This document shows, one piece after another, positions 24,311 to 38,400 of a stretch of DNA of 64,000 nt. This DNA is from Camelus dromedarius (taxonomy: Eukaryota). Within the stretch, counting starts at the first letter, position 1; each line of letters starts with the position of its first letter. The DNA is taken from the NCBI RefSeq assembly GCF_036321535.1, contig NC_087461.1, positions 2,480,001-2,544,000 on the forward strand. Reading direction: 5' to 3'. The translations under genes were made by a program, and so were the position numbers. Below the pieces are notes generated by a model. That model was given only the letters and a program-made list of their open reading frames with translations, did no database searches and had not been told where the DNA came from.

Positions 24311-26267
24311 GCGTGGTTACTAAACACCCAGTCCAGCTGAGCACACGTCGGTCCACCCAGGAGCCAGTGGGTGAGTGAGTGAGTGGTTTGCGGTGTTTTT
24401 AGAGCTGAGACACAGAATCTTTGCTTTAGTGACTGGAAAAGGAAACATCTGCTATCAGATGCTGAGAGTTACAGTTCAGCATGCTGAGGCTTACTTTGGT
24501 GGCAAGAATTTCTCATCTTCCGGTAGTGATGCCAAAAATCCAAACGAAACCAACAGCAAAGCAAACGTCAAAAAAAAACCTTCTAAAACTTGCGGCTGAC
24601 CTGGCAATCCTATTTTTCCCCCGTTGCTTCTGTTCTCCTGTGCCCCCTCCCCAGCCCAGCATTCAGGTCACCTGCCTGAGCTGCTCTGCCTGCGTGACAG
24701 CGCCACCCGCCCTCCCCGGGGCATGGGAGCCTGCGCCAGGGACCCTCCACCCGTCAGGCCCGGGCTTCACCCACACTCAGGGCCTCAGAAGGGGCTTCTT
24801 CTCCAAGCAGAGCCGGGAGGGCCCGAGCGCTCCCAGCGCCATTTCACAACCTTTCCCTCTCTCGCTCTCAGCATTGTTAAAACAGATGGTGCCTTTCCAC
24901 TCCAGCAGGGAGCTACGACAACCGATTTTAGAGAGTAAATTGGAAAGCTGATGTTCCCTTCTCAATAAGCAAAGGATGGCTGGTCCGGCTCAGCCAAGAG
25001 AGAAAAATCAGATCTCAAACTTCCCCCAGAATCCATGCCACAAGAACGCAGTCCTCTGCTAGACAAGAAAGAAGGAGAACCTGACGTGGGATTCTGATGC
25101 TGGAACTTTGACAACCGTTTTCTCCTTGTTTCACTGCGGGTGAAAAGCAGAAACAGCACGTGGTCTCTTCGACGGTATTTTTGGCTTGGCCGAAAATGAG
25201 GAAGCATTAGATAATTCAGGCAGAGTCTTGTTTTGATGTAATTTCCAGTCATCTTTCCAGACTCAAAAATAGTTAGCAAACCTGGAGAAGCAGCTGAACT
25301 CTGGGGTAATAATTTTATTCAAATGGCTGCTATTTAAGAACTACGAATTACTAAAATGAACTTTCTAAGCATAATTTTTATTAAATTATGGTCAAGGACT
25401 TCCATTTAGTTGCAAATAGGATAAGTAAAAAAAGAGAATACTTTAAGAATATTTACCCTTTATTTTTCATAGGTGCAGTGTCTAAACGGCCTATATACTT
25501 AATGTGGTCGCTACCCCTTCTCCTCCAAATTCCCACCAGCTCTCTGTTTCTGCAGGACACGCAGATACATGCGGTGTTTTCCCCTTGTGGTGCCAGCAGG
25601 ATGTCCAGGGCTTGATATTTGTACATTTTCCCAGTTGTTGTTGCTCAGCTCATGATTACAGGGAGAAAAAAACAATGATGGCCCTGGCTACAGAGTTTTA
25701 GCCCTACTTTATACATAAAATACAGCAGCAGTGTGATACGCTGATTTTGTACAGCGATGGAAACATTGGAAAGAAAATCTTTCCATGTCCTTGTAAGCGG
25801 TGGGTACTTTCAGTCAAGAATAACATGAAACGTATCAGCGGCTTCCGGTAGACTTCCAGCTCGACAGTTCAAAACCTCTGCACGCTTTTTCCCTCCATCA
25901 CACAGTGATCAAGGGTAAGAACACACTTTGGTAGCTGGAGCATTCCGTAAGGGTAAAACAGGGCATCTGTGAATCCCAAAGCCCCAGACTCCAGTTTTCC
26001 CACCACTGTCTCCCTGGGCGCGGCGCTGCTCCCAGTATAGTTCGTGGGCTTGAGAAGCACGCGGCATGAATGGATGAGAACCGCTCTGCCTTTCGAAGCA
26101 CGCGCCTCCATCTCCAGGGGTTCTTCTAGAGAAGTGAGGAGAGAAAATCTAAAATCTGCCATATTGGTGACACCCACTCGTCACAACTTTGAACGCTTTG
26201 TGGTATATGCTTCTATTCAAGTTTACTTTTCATACACCGAAGTGGATTATGTTGCTTCGTAACTCAC

Positions 26268-26286
26268 ACTTTGTAATGATGTCCTG
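26268..26286 (-). CDS. Candidate 19-nt exon (QDIITK-), NAGNAG acceptor
   Basis: ttcctttttttggaatgtag|cag| acceptor and AGT|gtgagt donor. Phase 0 to 1; keeps frame only if paired with 16647-16687. Confidence 0.22.
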
Positions 26287-26506
26287 CTACATTCCAAAAA
26301 AAGGAATATGATCGTGGTAGCATCTGCATTTTCTTGTAAACTCTAACATCTCCTGATTTTTGCCTTTGTTTCAATTGAGAGTTTTGCTTTTTTTTTTTTT
26401 CCCCAGGTAGACTTCAAGTCCTTCGGTTGCGAGACATGACCTGTAGACTTTCCAGGAATTGCCTCCTGTTCTGTTAAATGTCCCATCATTATTCCATAAA
26501 AGTCTC

Positions 26507-26838
26507 ATGTCTTGGGTCAGGCTGCTGTAACAACAACAAAAAAACATAGATTGGGAGCTTAAACAACAGTCATTTATTTCTGACGTCCAAGATCCTGGTG
26601 CCAGCGGGCTTGGTACCTGGTGAGAGCCCTCTTCCTGTCTTCTGCCTCCTCACTGGGTTGTCACGGGGCAGAGAGAGAGCTTGGGCGTCTCTTCCTTTTC
26701 TTATAAGGCCACTAATCCTATCACGACCTTACCTTACCCTAATTACGTCCCACAGGGCCCACCTCCAAGTACTGTCCCATTAGAGGCTAGGCTTCAGCAT
26801 CTGGGTTTTGGGGGACACAGGCATTCAGTCTGCAGCAC
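26507..26838 (-). mobile_element. MLT1 (MaLR) LTR
   Basis: tgtcttgggtcaggctgctgtaacaa...ttaaacaacag...cttataaggccactaatcc...gggggacacaggcattcagtc. Confidence 0.85.
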
Positions 26839-27741
26839 CTCATCACGTAGACCATAAAACATTAAGTGTGTTCACTGGCTCTGAATTCCCTTGAAGAGAG
26901 GAATCTCCCAGCTCTAGCATGAAACAAGGAAGCAGATAAATAGCAGATAAATAGCAAAATGCATTTCTATAAAAGAGCACACACTTCAGGCATTAACTTT
27001 GTGTTTAGTGTATTTAGTATACAAACTCTGGATTTAGTATATTCCCTGACACTTCACTGGGTCTCAATAAATATTTTTTTTTTGTCAATAAATGAATATG
27101 GCTGAATCTCAGTGAAATTAATAGGATGTTATCTATAAAGTCCAATTAAGCTAACTAAATGATTTAACCTATGAATGGAGTTTAATGGATTTTTTTCCCC
27201 AATACTAAAAAGTGTCTGTTGAAAAATGACAATGTTGTTTCAGCATAATTGATACTGAACAATTCCTGCTGACAGTAAGTGGTCATTAACTGCATCTACT
27301 TCTTGAAGTCGCTCCTTGCACAGAATCATAAGATTGTATCACCACACAAAGGAAAATGCGTATCTTCTTATTTCTTGTATTTGTAAGTGATATTGTCACA
27401 AGTTTGGGGAAGTTTTGAAAATGTGAGTAGGTTAACACGACTATCTATACTCACAAGGAGTCTCCTTCAAAGGAGTTTAAGATGTGTGACCGATATTTAT
27501 TCCCTAGCTCACTTATTTTCATCAACACGTTTTTTAATAGACACAACTGCTACTGCTGGGCTGGCGTTTCTACTGCCAGAGGCCAGCTGTCTGTTCACCC
27601 ATCTCCTCTTCTTCCCAGAGTACGGCAGGACCATGTCTCAGGCTTCCTTGCGGTCATGTGACAAACCAGCAGCCAGTCGAATGTGACCATCAGCGGTGCA
27701 CACCCCTTCTATGCTCTCTGTCTTGAAAATGAAGCTCTTAC

Positions 27742-27854
27742 CTGCACAATCCTCAAGGCCGCCTCCCCCGTCACCCCCTCGATGGACACGGCCATGACAG
27801 TGTGCATGCGGGTGGAGCCGTAAGGCGTGAGGACCCGGATCTCTGAATCACCAC
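27742..27854 (-). CDS. Internal coding exon (GDSEIRVLTPYGSTRMHTVMAVSIEGVTGEAALRIVQ)
   Basis: ctctcctccag| acceptor and CAG|gtaaga donor. 113 nt, phase 1 to 0, coding-like codon usage. Confidence 0.72.
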
Positions 27855-28740
27855 CTGGAGGAGAGCCAGAGCCGCCCGCCTGCCCGCCAGCAGCACCCAC
27901 TTCCGCGCAGCCCCTGGGAAGGGGCCAGGCCTCGCCACGCGGTGCCGCCCGTGGCTCTGCGTGTAAGCTGCTCGCAGCCGCTAGCGTTGCCCCAGCCACT
28001 GCGCTTTCCCCAAAGAGCTGTGGCTCGGACTCGGCACATTTAAAAGTGACCTCAAACCTGCCGGCCAGGCAACAAGCACGGTCATCTACACGGGAGGCTC
28101 GGCCGTGGCCGGCCCGCTTGTTTGCAGTTTTAGCTCTGTTGGACTTGATGGTTGTGACTGAGAGGGCTGATTTTTCTTACTATTTTCTCTTTTTCCTTTC
28201 TCTGTTTTAATCTTGTGAAATGTCGTGGGGCTGTTGTGCAGGCATCATATAAATTATCTCTGGATGTACGGGGCGTATGGCGACTTGCTCTGCTGAACTG
28301 AATGCCTCCCCTTAATTCACTGTTCAGAGAGCTGTCTCCTGACCTGCGTCGCAGGGACGGCCCAGGAGCTCCCATCCCCACCCTCCTATTTCAGTGCCTG
28401 TGCACAGGCAGACAGAGAGGAAGGGAAGTTAAGTCAAGAGTGGGAGGTGCTTTCTTGGCTAGAAAACTGAGGTCAAGAGTGACTTAAACAAAGCCCCACC
28501 CAGATGGCTGTTCCGGTCTCTGAGCCTGCTCACGTTTCTTGCTTGTGGAACAGATGCACACGGTTTCAGAAGGAACAGCCCTGGGGAAGACAGACGTGGT
28601 GATATGGGGCTCTGACAAGTCTGTGTGTTTTCAGATTAGCCTCTACATGGTTTTTGCACAAATCATGACGATAAGAAAGGGCCACAAAGGTAAAAGCCTT
28701 GTCCACCGCTTCGGCTGCTGGACTGCGCGCTCTGCGTTAC

Positions 28741-28813
28741 CGTTCTTCCGTGTCTCCACGTATTTCTCAGTCATGAGTGGCTCCTTCATCCCAGTGAGCT
28801 GGCTAGAGTGCCT
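28741..28813 (-). CDS. Internal coding exon (RHSSQLTGMKEPLMTEKYVETRKN-G)
   Basis: gcgtctcctgcag| acceptor and ACG|gtaacg donor. 73 nt, phase 0 to 1, compatible with the next exon. Confidence 0.7.
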
Positions 28814-29039
28814 CTGCAGGAGACGCAATTTCATGGGTCTTGGACTGTTTGAGGACTGGGTTTCTCTAAGTGTCTGCCGTGAAGATGAATGCATCTCGGA
28901 GCAGAGAAGTCCGGGCAGACAAGAGTGAAGAGCTTATGCCCTGTGACAGTGTCCCCTCCCCTGTCTACCAGGCAGGACAGAAGTCAACCACCAGGACACC
29001 TGTGGGCCCTGCTCAGCCTGGGGCTGCGGCAGAGGGACC

Positions 29040-29365
29040 CACACAACAAGCCTTACTGACCAGCCTTCATCTCCCGGTAGTTCCTCGGTATGTTTGCCCT
29101 CATATAATGGACCCTGGAAACACAAAGTCCTTTTCCTTTGTCTTGTTGTGTTTCTGAAAGTGTGTTTTTCTTTTATTAAGATGCTCTATAAGCCCAAGTT
29201 CTAACCGCCCCTTTGAGTTACCCACTCCTGAGTGTCCTGTGAGCATGAGCGCCACACGTGCTAGCGTGGCCACACCTTTGGCTTGTTTTTCTCTTGTTAA
29301 TCTCTCTTTTGTCTGTCTCGTGTGCAGGCCCCAGCCGGGGACCTCAGGTGGCTAGAGGACCTACA
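29040..29365 (+). mobile_element. ERV1 LTR 3' portion (MER34-like)
   Basis: ttattaagatgctctataagcccaagttctaacc and gtttttctcttgttaatctctcttttgt...ggccccagcc. Confidence 0.6.
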
Positions 29366-29459
29366 GCCTTCTGGGGGAGGTGCATCGTCTGCCAATCACA
29401 GAAAACTGAGTAATTCATTTTCTAATTCGTGGGGCTATGGAATTACCTGCTCCACAAGG

Positions 29460-29545
29460 CTCGGTAAGTGCGTACTCGGGGCCAGGCACTGTGCGGACCC
29501 TGGCAGCAGCGCTGAACAAGATGGATGGGGCTCTGCCGTCATGGG
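29460..29545 (-). mobile_element. L2 3' fragment
   Basis: gtgcgtactcggggccaggcactgtgc...ctgaacaagatgg. Confidence 0.5.
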
Positions 29546-31599
29546 GCCCTGACTGAGACCCAGAGATAAGGGGAAGCACAAGGGCAAACCCCGAAGCACA
29601 GCCGGGGCGACCTCAGACTCCCAGCAGCCAGCTGCAGGGGCCTTGGGCATGTGAGGTGCAAATCTTGGTAGATACTCAGAGACATACGTGGCTCAGGCCA
29701 GCAGGTGGGCACCAGACATCACAGCCCCAAGGCCCTGCCCCCCGCCAGGGCAGACAGGATTTAGCGGGAACCGCTTTTGTTTGCACTAGCCCTATCTCCC
29801 CTGTGTCCTGCTCCCCCGTCACCCTCTTCACTCTCATCCCCGAATTCTCAGCCGCCCGTCACTGCTCCCCTTCCTTCTCTATTCTTTTCTCTTGCTGACT
29901 CTTTGGAGGGAGAAAATGTCTAGAACAAAACGATAAAACCCTCTTATAAAAAAATAGTCCTATTCTACTCTGGTTGCAGGAGCTCCCTGGCCACAGCCGA
30001 GTTTCCTGTCTCAGATCCGACAGTCCCTCCAGCGGGGCCTCCCATCCTCCAGGTCTCCTCTGTGCTGCCCACGGCCAAGGCCTCCAGTGGCACGTCTCCC
30101 TCCCTCCTGCCGCAGCGCCCGGCCCAGCCGCTCTCTAGAGAGAAACCCCGCACTGCTGTCCACGGCTGGAGTTTCTAGGGGAAGGTGGGGAGAGCCCGAA
30201 AAAGAGATGACTCTCTAAATGAGAAACAGCTGCTCGAGAAACGTGGAAGAAATGCTTCCAGTGTCTAGTAAGGAGAATTTCACTAGCATCCAACTGTATT
30301 CATTAAATCTCCCATCAACACTGCGGTATTTTTGGACTTACATCATGCACTCCAAGCAAAATATTTAATATATGGATAAATTTAGGAGCTGCTGTTGGAA
30401 ACCAAAATAGCTGATCTGTTAGGTAATGGTTGTAGATATTAATAGAAAGTACTCCGCTCTCAACGGCTGCTTCTGTAAACAGATCCCGCTCCCTGCTGCG
30501 GTACCAAAAGCGACCTCTAATTCCCTTCCGAGTCCTTTGCCCGGATCAGGTTTCACTTTGAAATCTCATTTACTTTGTTATCTACATACTGACTCTTAAC
30601 CGCCAAATTTAGTCACGTAGATTTCAAACAAAACGAGGGGGAAAGCTGTGTAAGTGCTGGCAGGCCTCTGGCTTGTCCGTATGAGTAAAACAAACTCCAG
30701 CCTGTGCTCGCAGCTCTCCCCTCCCCTCCTCCCACCCCCACTCCTCCCTCAGCCGCTTCTCCTTTCTTTTGAAATTCATGTTTGTCCCCTAATCGTCGCA
30801 GTTGCGCACAGTTCGCTCACTGGGAAACGTGGAGGATCAGAAGCACCAGCCTGAGGCAATTCTTTGGGGCCTGGACAGCGTAGCATTCCTCCTGCTGCGC
30901 CATTTCTTCCAGCAACTTTCACTGGAAACAACTGGAAATAACACCAACACTGTAGCTGATGGAGGAGCGCTTCACGGGTTCTGTGGGCAACGTGGGCCCA
31001 CGCCGTGTGCGTGTGTGCGTGTGCACGTGTATCTCCCGTGAAACACCTTCGGTCAAAGCCTCCTGTTCGGTGGGAGTCCCCAGGGCACACAGAGGAGGTC
31101 TGGGTTACCATAAACACCAAGCTGTCCAGGACAATGAAACGCCCTGGGAAATGGAACGAACATTTCAAATCTAAAACTGGTCATTTATTTAGAACCAAAC
31201 TATATTGCCTGTGATTAGAATGGACTTGCAACTTGGAGGCTCAGCCCCAGCTCACACTGACAAACCATGGCAATCCAAACTACAGCGTGCCTGCCGGTGG
31301 CCGAGGCAGCTTTGCAGGGAGGTCTAAACGTTCATGGCCGCTGAAACGGACCCTGGCTTTTGTCTTTGGGCAGAAATACAGCTGGCAGTGAGCAGCTCTG
31401 TGCTATGAATGGTGAGCTGAGGAGCCTCCTCTCCGTCTTACTCGTGTCTGCTGCTCCGCAGGGCGATGCAGGCGGGAGCCGGGCAGAGGCGAGGCCAGCC
31501 CGCAGGGAGCTGCTACTCAGAGGCGGACAGCCCTGCTGTGGTGCTCCGGGGTGGGTGGGGGGAACTGGGGCGCCGAGCAGTGACTGGGAGCCCTGGCTG

Positions 31600-31810
31600 G
31601 GAGCTCAGATGGCTCTCCTGCAAATTCCCGTTCCACCACTGACAGGATTCAGGTCTCTCAGCCTGTGCTCCCACGTGCGATACCGGAGTGACCTAGGACC
31701 TCGTGCCGGCGTGGAAGCGAGTGTGATGCTGCACGGAGGTGCCCACACCCCGTGCCCGGCACACCGGCGTTCGCCTGTGTCGGCAGTGCATCCTCGCTGT
31801 GCTGGCTGTC
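31600..31810 (+). mobile_element. MIR, unusually GC/CpG-rich
   Basis: caaattcccgttccaccact...ctctcagcctgtgctccc...gtgcccggcacacc follows the MIR layout. Confidence 0.5.
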
Positions 31811-34800
31811 ACGCTTAGGAGGTCCCCACTCTGTGAGCTGTATACCTTCCAGGCAAATTACAGCTTTAAATTCTCAATGATGTGCACACCTTCTCTGTCC
31901 AAGGAAGTACCCTGTAGGTAGCAAGCACTCTCTCTGCTGTCGCGTTCCTGTCCCACCTGCAGGATACGTGATGGAAGACAATCCAGAATGAAGTGGTGTC
32001 TTGCCTCCATTTCCCAAGGAATGGAAAGGAAGGGATGACCCCAGTGAATAAAGGACAACTCGCATCTTGGGTTACACTAAAACCACTGTCTCAGGCTCTG
32101 TTTCTGGGCATCTCAAATTTGCCCTACTTTTGTTAATTCTCTGCACTATCCAATTTTTAAAGGAGCATGTATTTGAGGAACACCAGATGCTGTCACATTT
32201 AAAAGAGTTAGCAATTACAACAAAGATTTTTTGGAGCTTACTTAATGCTGGACACAGTTCTTAGGAACCATAAACTATTACTCTCGTGATGAGCTCTACA
32301 GAGAAGAAAATTAAGAATGCGCTCAGTGGCCTCCGACTGCCTTGGTTCAGTCCTCAACACGTTGATCTGGGGAAGGTCTCCCAACAGCCAAGGAGGAAGG
32401 AACCAGTGTTATTCCCGTGCTGTGCACCAGGCAAGTGAGACAGTGAGTTACGGTCATGTTCCCCGTCACTGGTAGAGAAGATGACACATATAGGCTTCCC
32501 CTCTCTGTGCCATCTGAGAGTTAGCAGTGTCAGCTCTGTTAGCCCAGATGCTCAAGAATTCAGTCCATCTTATTAATCTGACGTGCATCTCACACTAGAA
32601 CAAGCAGCCATTATTTCTGTGACTCTGTGTGTGTGCAAAGGGCCAACAGGAGGCCAAAGGAGTTTGCCTGTGTTACCCCAGTTCACGAATTTTACTAGGC
32701 CAGTGATGTAGGAAACATGAGTTTGTGGTCTTTGTTTTGATGTAGCTTTTCAAGCACAGTTTGACTGCATATTTGAGGGCATGATTGAGGGCATTCAATT
32801 CCAGAACACTTTGCTTTTGGGATGGGAGGGGAGGTTGTAATCCATGAACAGGAAATTAGGTGGGACAGGGCGCTTTAACTTGGAAACAGAGGAAACCCTG
32901 CTACTGCAGTGGAAAACAAACCATAACGGAGAATGCATGTACAAATGGACTGTGCGCCTGTCATCTGCTTCTGTCCTAGCCCAGAAGGAGAAACAGGTCA
33001 GCTTCTCATGATGTGGGTCATTAGCCTTTTGTGGGAACCACACTGTTTCCTTTTCAGCGCTGGCCAAACGTGAGGTGTGTTTTATCCCGGTCTGTGTCTG
33101 AAAACAGGAATCGTCTCAAGTCTGCTTGTCCCCACAGCGGCTGACTGCCCTCTGTGTAGTGCTCACTTTGTCTCAGAATTATCTGAGGCATGTGTTCCCT
33201 TCCCCAGCAACTCCTCACCACCAGCAATGCCTCCTGATTGATCTCGACCTCGCTTCCCGTTGATCTCGTCTTGTGGGCCCCAAGCGCGGATTCCCCCGGC
33301 CTGCATTTACCGCTGGTGCCCACTCCTCGCACAGAGTGCCATCACTTCCACAGCATTTCTTATCTTTCAGAGCACTTGGGGTGGTGCCCATCCTGGCCCT
33401 GGAGGGGCCAGCGCGCATCTTGGTGACTCTCTTTCACGGGTTCCCATAATTAGAACTCAGCAAGAATGTATTTCTGATATATTTTAATGATATGCGGTCA
33501 CTGAAGTTACCAAAAGTTGGAAACAGTTTGAATAAACTTTTAGGCTGATCAAGTTACTTACACAGGACCAAATAATTCATTTATTTAATTTTGCTTTTTG
33601 TGGTAAGAGACGAAATATAATTTAGAACTTGGAGCCCTTGGAGGTGGAGGCTCTTGGAGTCATGAGAGGCTTCAATGGTGGGTTTGGACAGTAAGCAGAA
33701 TTAAAACCCAGCAGGGATGAGGACTATTGAAAAAGGAGGGAAATCTACAAAATAAAGGACAAAAGAGGCTCGGACAAGAGAGATTCTGGAAGGAAGACTT
33801 TGGAAGCGAGCAGCCCCATCTCAGCGTGTGCCCTGCGGCTGTCTTTCTGGGCATCCCCTCCTTCTAATGCCAAGACAGTCAGCAAGGCGGTGACCCCACG
33901 TCTTAGCAAGCTCACTATTACTGGCTTTCTTGATCCTAGAAGAACACAGGTGAGGCAGCACACACACACAATTCTTTACAAGAATAAGATGCTCATAAAG
34001 TTAAAAAATCTCTGCAGTGTATGCCATTTAGGGATGCTTTCCTAGGTGCGAGAAGCACAGACACAAATATAGGAAAGGTAAAAATATATAATTCCGCACA
34101 TCGGTCAGTGCTGAACGGCAACGGGGCGTTAAAGGATCATGTGAAGCTGCTCAGTTTCATTTCTTAAGTAAGATGCACAGATGTAAAAACTCAGAGGGAC
34201 AGAGAGAGAGGGAGAAGGTGGAAGCGAAGTAAAGCAAACTGTTGGTGATTTTTTCATCTCCGTGGGGGGTACATAAGCATGTCTGATCCTGTTTTCTGCA
34301 TTTTTTTGGCATGTTTGGAATGCGTCACTAATTTTAAAAAGCACGTGGAAGGTTTATACCAATACACTCCAGAATTCATAAGTACTTTAGAGAAACTGTG
34401 AGGTCGTATTAGGTGTATGTGGAGAAACAAGTGCAGCAGAGTGTCTACAGCAGTGCTGATGACACAGAACATGCCTTCAATCTAGAACAGGGTTCCTAGA
34501 GGACTCCGACCCAAGCTTGATGTGAAATAATAATCTGATCTTACAGCAGCTGACAAGATCTTGGAGTGTTCGTGTAACAGCTTTAACACATGCAATTGCC
34601 ACTGTCATTTCCACGGTACGTCTGGGAAAGGTTTACTCTTGGAAAATGGATAAGGGAAGAAATATGAAATCTAGATGCATATAATGTGCAAATAATTTAA
34701 AACAATAACTGCCTGCAAAAAAATCGTATTTAAGGTTATTTAATAAAAGGTGCTACTGAGTTTTATTGAAAAGTGCTGAATTTATCATGATGGAAGAGTC

Positions 34801-35429
34801 ACTGAAACTTTCTGAAAAAGTACTTAAAATATTAAAGTATAAAAATTAAAATGTAAAAATACTAAAATAATATAGCAATAGATGTATATACGGTGTATGT
34901 GCACATGAAAGGGTGAGAATGGGGAGGAACGGAGAGGGGGGTGGAGAATGGGAGGGGAAGTGGCACACGAGGGGGAGAGGAGGGAGAGAGACTTACTTGG
35001 AAAAATAAATGTGCTAGATTATATTTTTAAAAACCCCTCTGAATGCATCACATAGCTGGCAGGAAGCAGGAAGTCTTCAGAAGCCCCTCAACAAGGCGGC
35101 AGCATGGAGTCCAAGGGACGGGGAAGCCCTGGACCAGGGGGCGCTTGTGTCAGCATCACCAGACCCTGGCTGGGAGCAGGCACAGGGCGGGCGCGGGCGG
35201 GGTGGCGACCGCCTGGGGCTTCACACCCCGTCCCTCACTCCTGCTCCCCAGGGCCGTCATCTCCGCCAAAAGAACACGTGACTTTAATGTGAAGTAGTCT
35301 GGGGTTAGAACTGCGCGCATAGTGCAGGCAGCCGGGAGAAGTGGCCAGCAGCCTCTCTTAAGAAGGTGCCCGAAAGCTCTGCGGAGAAATACGAAGCGTC
35401 AGACTCCAAGCATGAAGATACTTTAATTT

Positions 35430-38400
35430 TCCAACATAAATATATAAGAGAAATGAGTTTAGAAAGTATGGAAATATAGAAAAAATACAAAGTGTAAAAG
35501 GCTGCTAAGAGGGTAACACAGGCTTGAAAAAGGACCTGCAGAAATTCTACAAATAGAAAAATAATTGAGATTAGACACTGAATATAGCGACTGACTTTAA
35601 GACCAAGTACATGTGGAAATCTAAACAAACAAAAACTTAGTGAACTTAGTAAGTATATCTGGAAAAAAAAAAAAGAATTCTCTGAATGTAGGCCAAAAAA
35701 ATGGAAAAGGAGCAAGTATTTAAAAAAAAAAAAAAAAAAAGGAGGGGGCAGAAACGCAGAGGCAGGCCGAGGACGTCTGACAGGCGTCAGCTTGGCCTTG
35801 AGAAAGAGCGCGAAGAACAGGAGGAAGAGACGGGTTCAAAGAGACAACGGCAGGGGACCTTGAAAACGCGATCCGGTGAGCCCAGCGAACCCCTGCCTGT
35901 AAATCTTGTAGGCAAACCACGCAGCACAAAGGCAGAGGGGATATTTTATGCAGCAGAATAAATAACACGAAAGACACGTCTCCCACAGAGGAACGGCAGT
36001 TACACAGGGTGAGGACTTCCCATCGGTTACAGCGGAGGCCAGAAGGCGGCGGGACAGTCTCTACAAAATGCTGAGGAGAAAGTAGCTGTCCACCTGGAAT
36101 TTTCGGCTCAGTGGACACAAGAATGGGAACAAAATAAGTATGATTTCTTTCAAACAAAACCTGAGACTTTATCACCCATGAACTCTCATTGTAGAAACGT
36201 TTAGTAGAAAGCAAACTGATTCCAGATGGACACGGTAAATACAGGAGGTGTGGTGAGCAAAGAAATGAAGAATGTGTGTAAACAGTTGAAAAATGCATTG
36301 TGAGCCCCAAGGAGTAAATCAGCGTCTGATCTGTGACGCCAGAATGCGACCAAGCTGTTTGAAAACATCCTATGTGAGTTCAAAGAGCTGATCACAGTTA
36401 CAGTAATTTAAGGTTCTTGAATGACTCGAGAGTGTGGTATTAACAGTGTTCAAAGTTTGACTTCGTTGAGTGAAATGCACGCGTTAAAATTTCCGCGATC
36501 ACCTTAAACAAAGAGATATTTGAATTTATAATATTTTAAGGGTAGAGAAAAAAGTAGGGATAAACTCCTCAGCCAATCGACACAATGGCTGCAAGAAGAA
36601 AAGCAAAAAGTAGGAGAAGCAGGAATGAGATGGTAGAATCAGCCTGAATACACAGTGAGCGCCGGAAACGGGAAAGAGCTGAGTCATCCAGTTAAAAGCA
36701 AAGGCTGTCAGGCTCCTTTAAAAACATCCAGCCACATGCTCTTTATAAAAGACACACCTAAAATAAATGTGAAGATTTGCATCGTGCAAAACACAAAAAG
36801 CAATCCAGTTAGAGAGTGTTTATAAAACATAAATATGCAAACAATTAGCTACCCGAAGTCATTCTGACAAGTGCTACCTCGGGAAGTAAAAGCGCAGGTA
36901 ACCCTGTGTCGTTAAATAAATTAACTCAGTAATTCACAACATTTCCACTACAAAAATAACAACCTCAGAGAGCTTTGTGAAATCCACCAAACACACAGAA
37001 AATCGAATCCCTGTTAGAGATCTTTCCAGAAAATATGAAGAAAGAAAATATTCCTAAAGTATTTTATAAGACAAACGATGCCTTACTGTCACAACCAGAA
37101 AAATGCAGAGGGAGTGAGGCGAGTTGGTGTCCAATCTCATAAGTATGACAAAAAACAACGTAAGATCACCCTCTGAACGTTTTTTTTTTTTTAACATAAG
37201 AAAAATAATTAATGTAACTTAACCACAACAACAAGTGAACAGAAACAAGCCAAGTGACACCTTATTAATGCAGGGAAAGTACGTGATAACACTGAACAGT
37301 CACTCGTGATAAAAACATTAGCAAATCAAGACGAGAAGGGGGCCTCTTAAATCCAGTAGACGTTATTCACAAAAAACCCGTAACAACCCTCCTGCTTCAT
37401 GGCGAAATGTAAATACTCCCTTACAGTCAGTCAGGTTGTCTGTGCCTAAAACAAGGGTGTTTGCTTTCCTGTGCACCATTGTTCTGGACTTGGTAGTGAC
37501 TGCAGTGTGATTAGAAATATGAGAATTATAGGGATTAAAAAAGAAGATCCACATATGCTATTGTTCATGAATTACACGGTAGTTTTGTCCCCAAACACAA
37601 GCGTAGAGTTGGCAGTAATAAGACACATTAGCAGTGTTTTAAGACACAGAAATAAACAACACAAAATGTCATCAACAAACAATACACAGTGAGATTTTTA
37701 AGGATACATTTTTTTAGGAAAATCTAAATGTATTTGGTATCTAGAAGTGAATTGTTTTAAAAGATGTGTGACATAATTATGGAGAATACTATACAATTAT
37801 TTTTAATTCAAAAAATCCTTGAAAGTATCTAACACGTGGAGAGTTATGTCGTGATCTTACACAAATTCAATCCCATAAACATTTCAGTTCTCACCAAAAT
37901 GTCCCCTCGAGACGCCGTAATTCTACCAACATTCGAGCCACCGTTTCGTGCATTGTACAATCTGTGTGTTAATTTATATGAAAAATCAGAGCGCCAGAAA
38001 TACCTAACACGTTTCTGAAGGAGGCCTAGGTGGGGGTGGCGGCAGGGGGTCTCCCTTCGGCAGGTACCGAGAACTGACCGAGGGCGGTACCGAGGGGGAA
38101 AGCTCAGGACCGGAGCCGCGGGGGGAGCAGCGAGCGGGAGCCCGGCCGGGGCGGCCGCGGGCGCCGGGGGGAGCCTGCGCGGCCCGGCGTCGCGCTCATC
38201 TCGGCTTGTGTAACATGAGAGGCACGAGACATCTCCCTTACGCCATGCCAAAAAATGTACTTTAGACGTCTTAAAGGTATGACCATGAAGGATGAATTTT
38301 TTAACTTTTAGAAAAAAAATTCAAGCAGAATAGAATATATGTAAAGGACCAAAATAGGAATTTTACAGAAAAGGAGACAGACATTTTGCAAAATGCTCAG

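Noticed and set aside
23855-24323. ORFs rich in His/Thr or Val/Cys
   Set aside because: Translations of the (TG)n/(CA)n tract.
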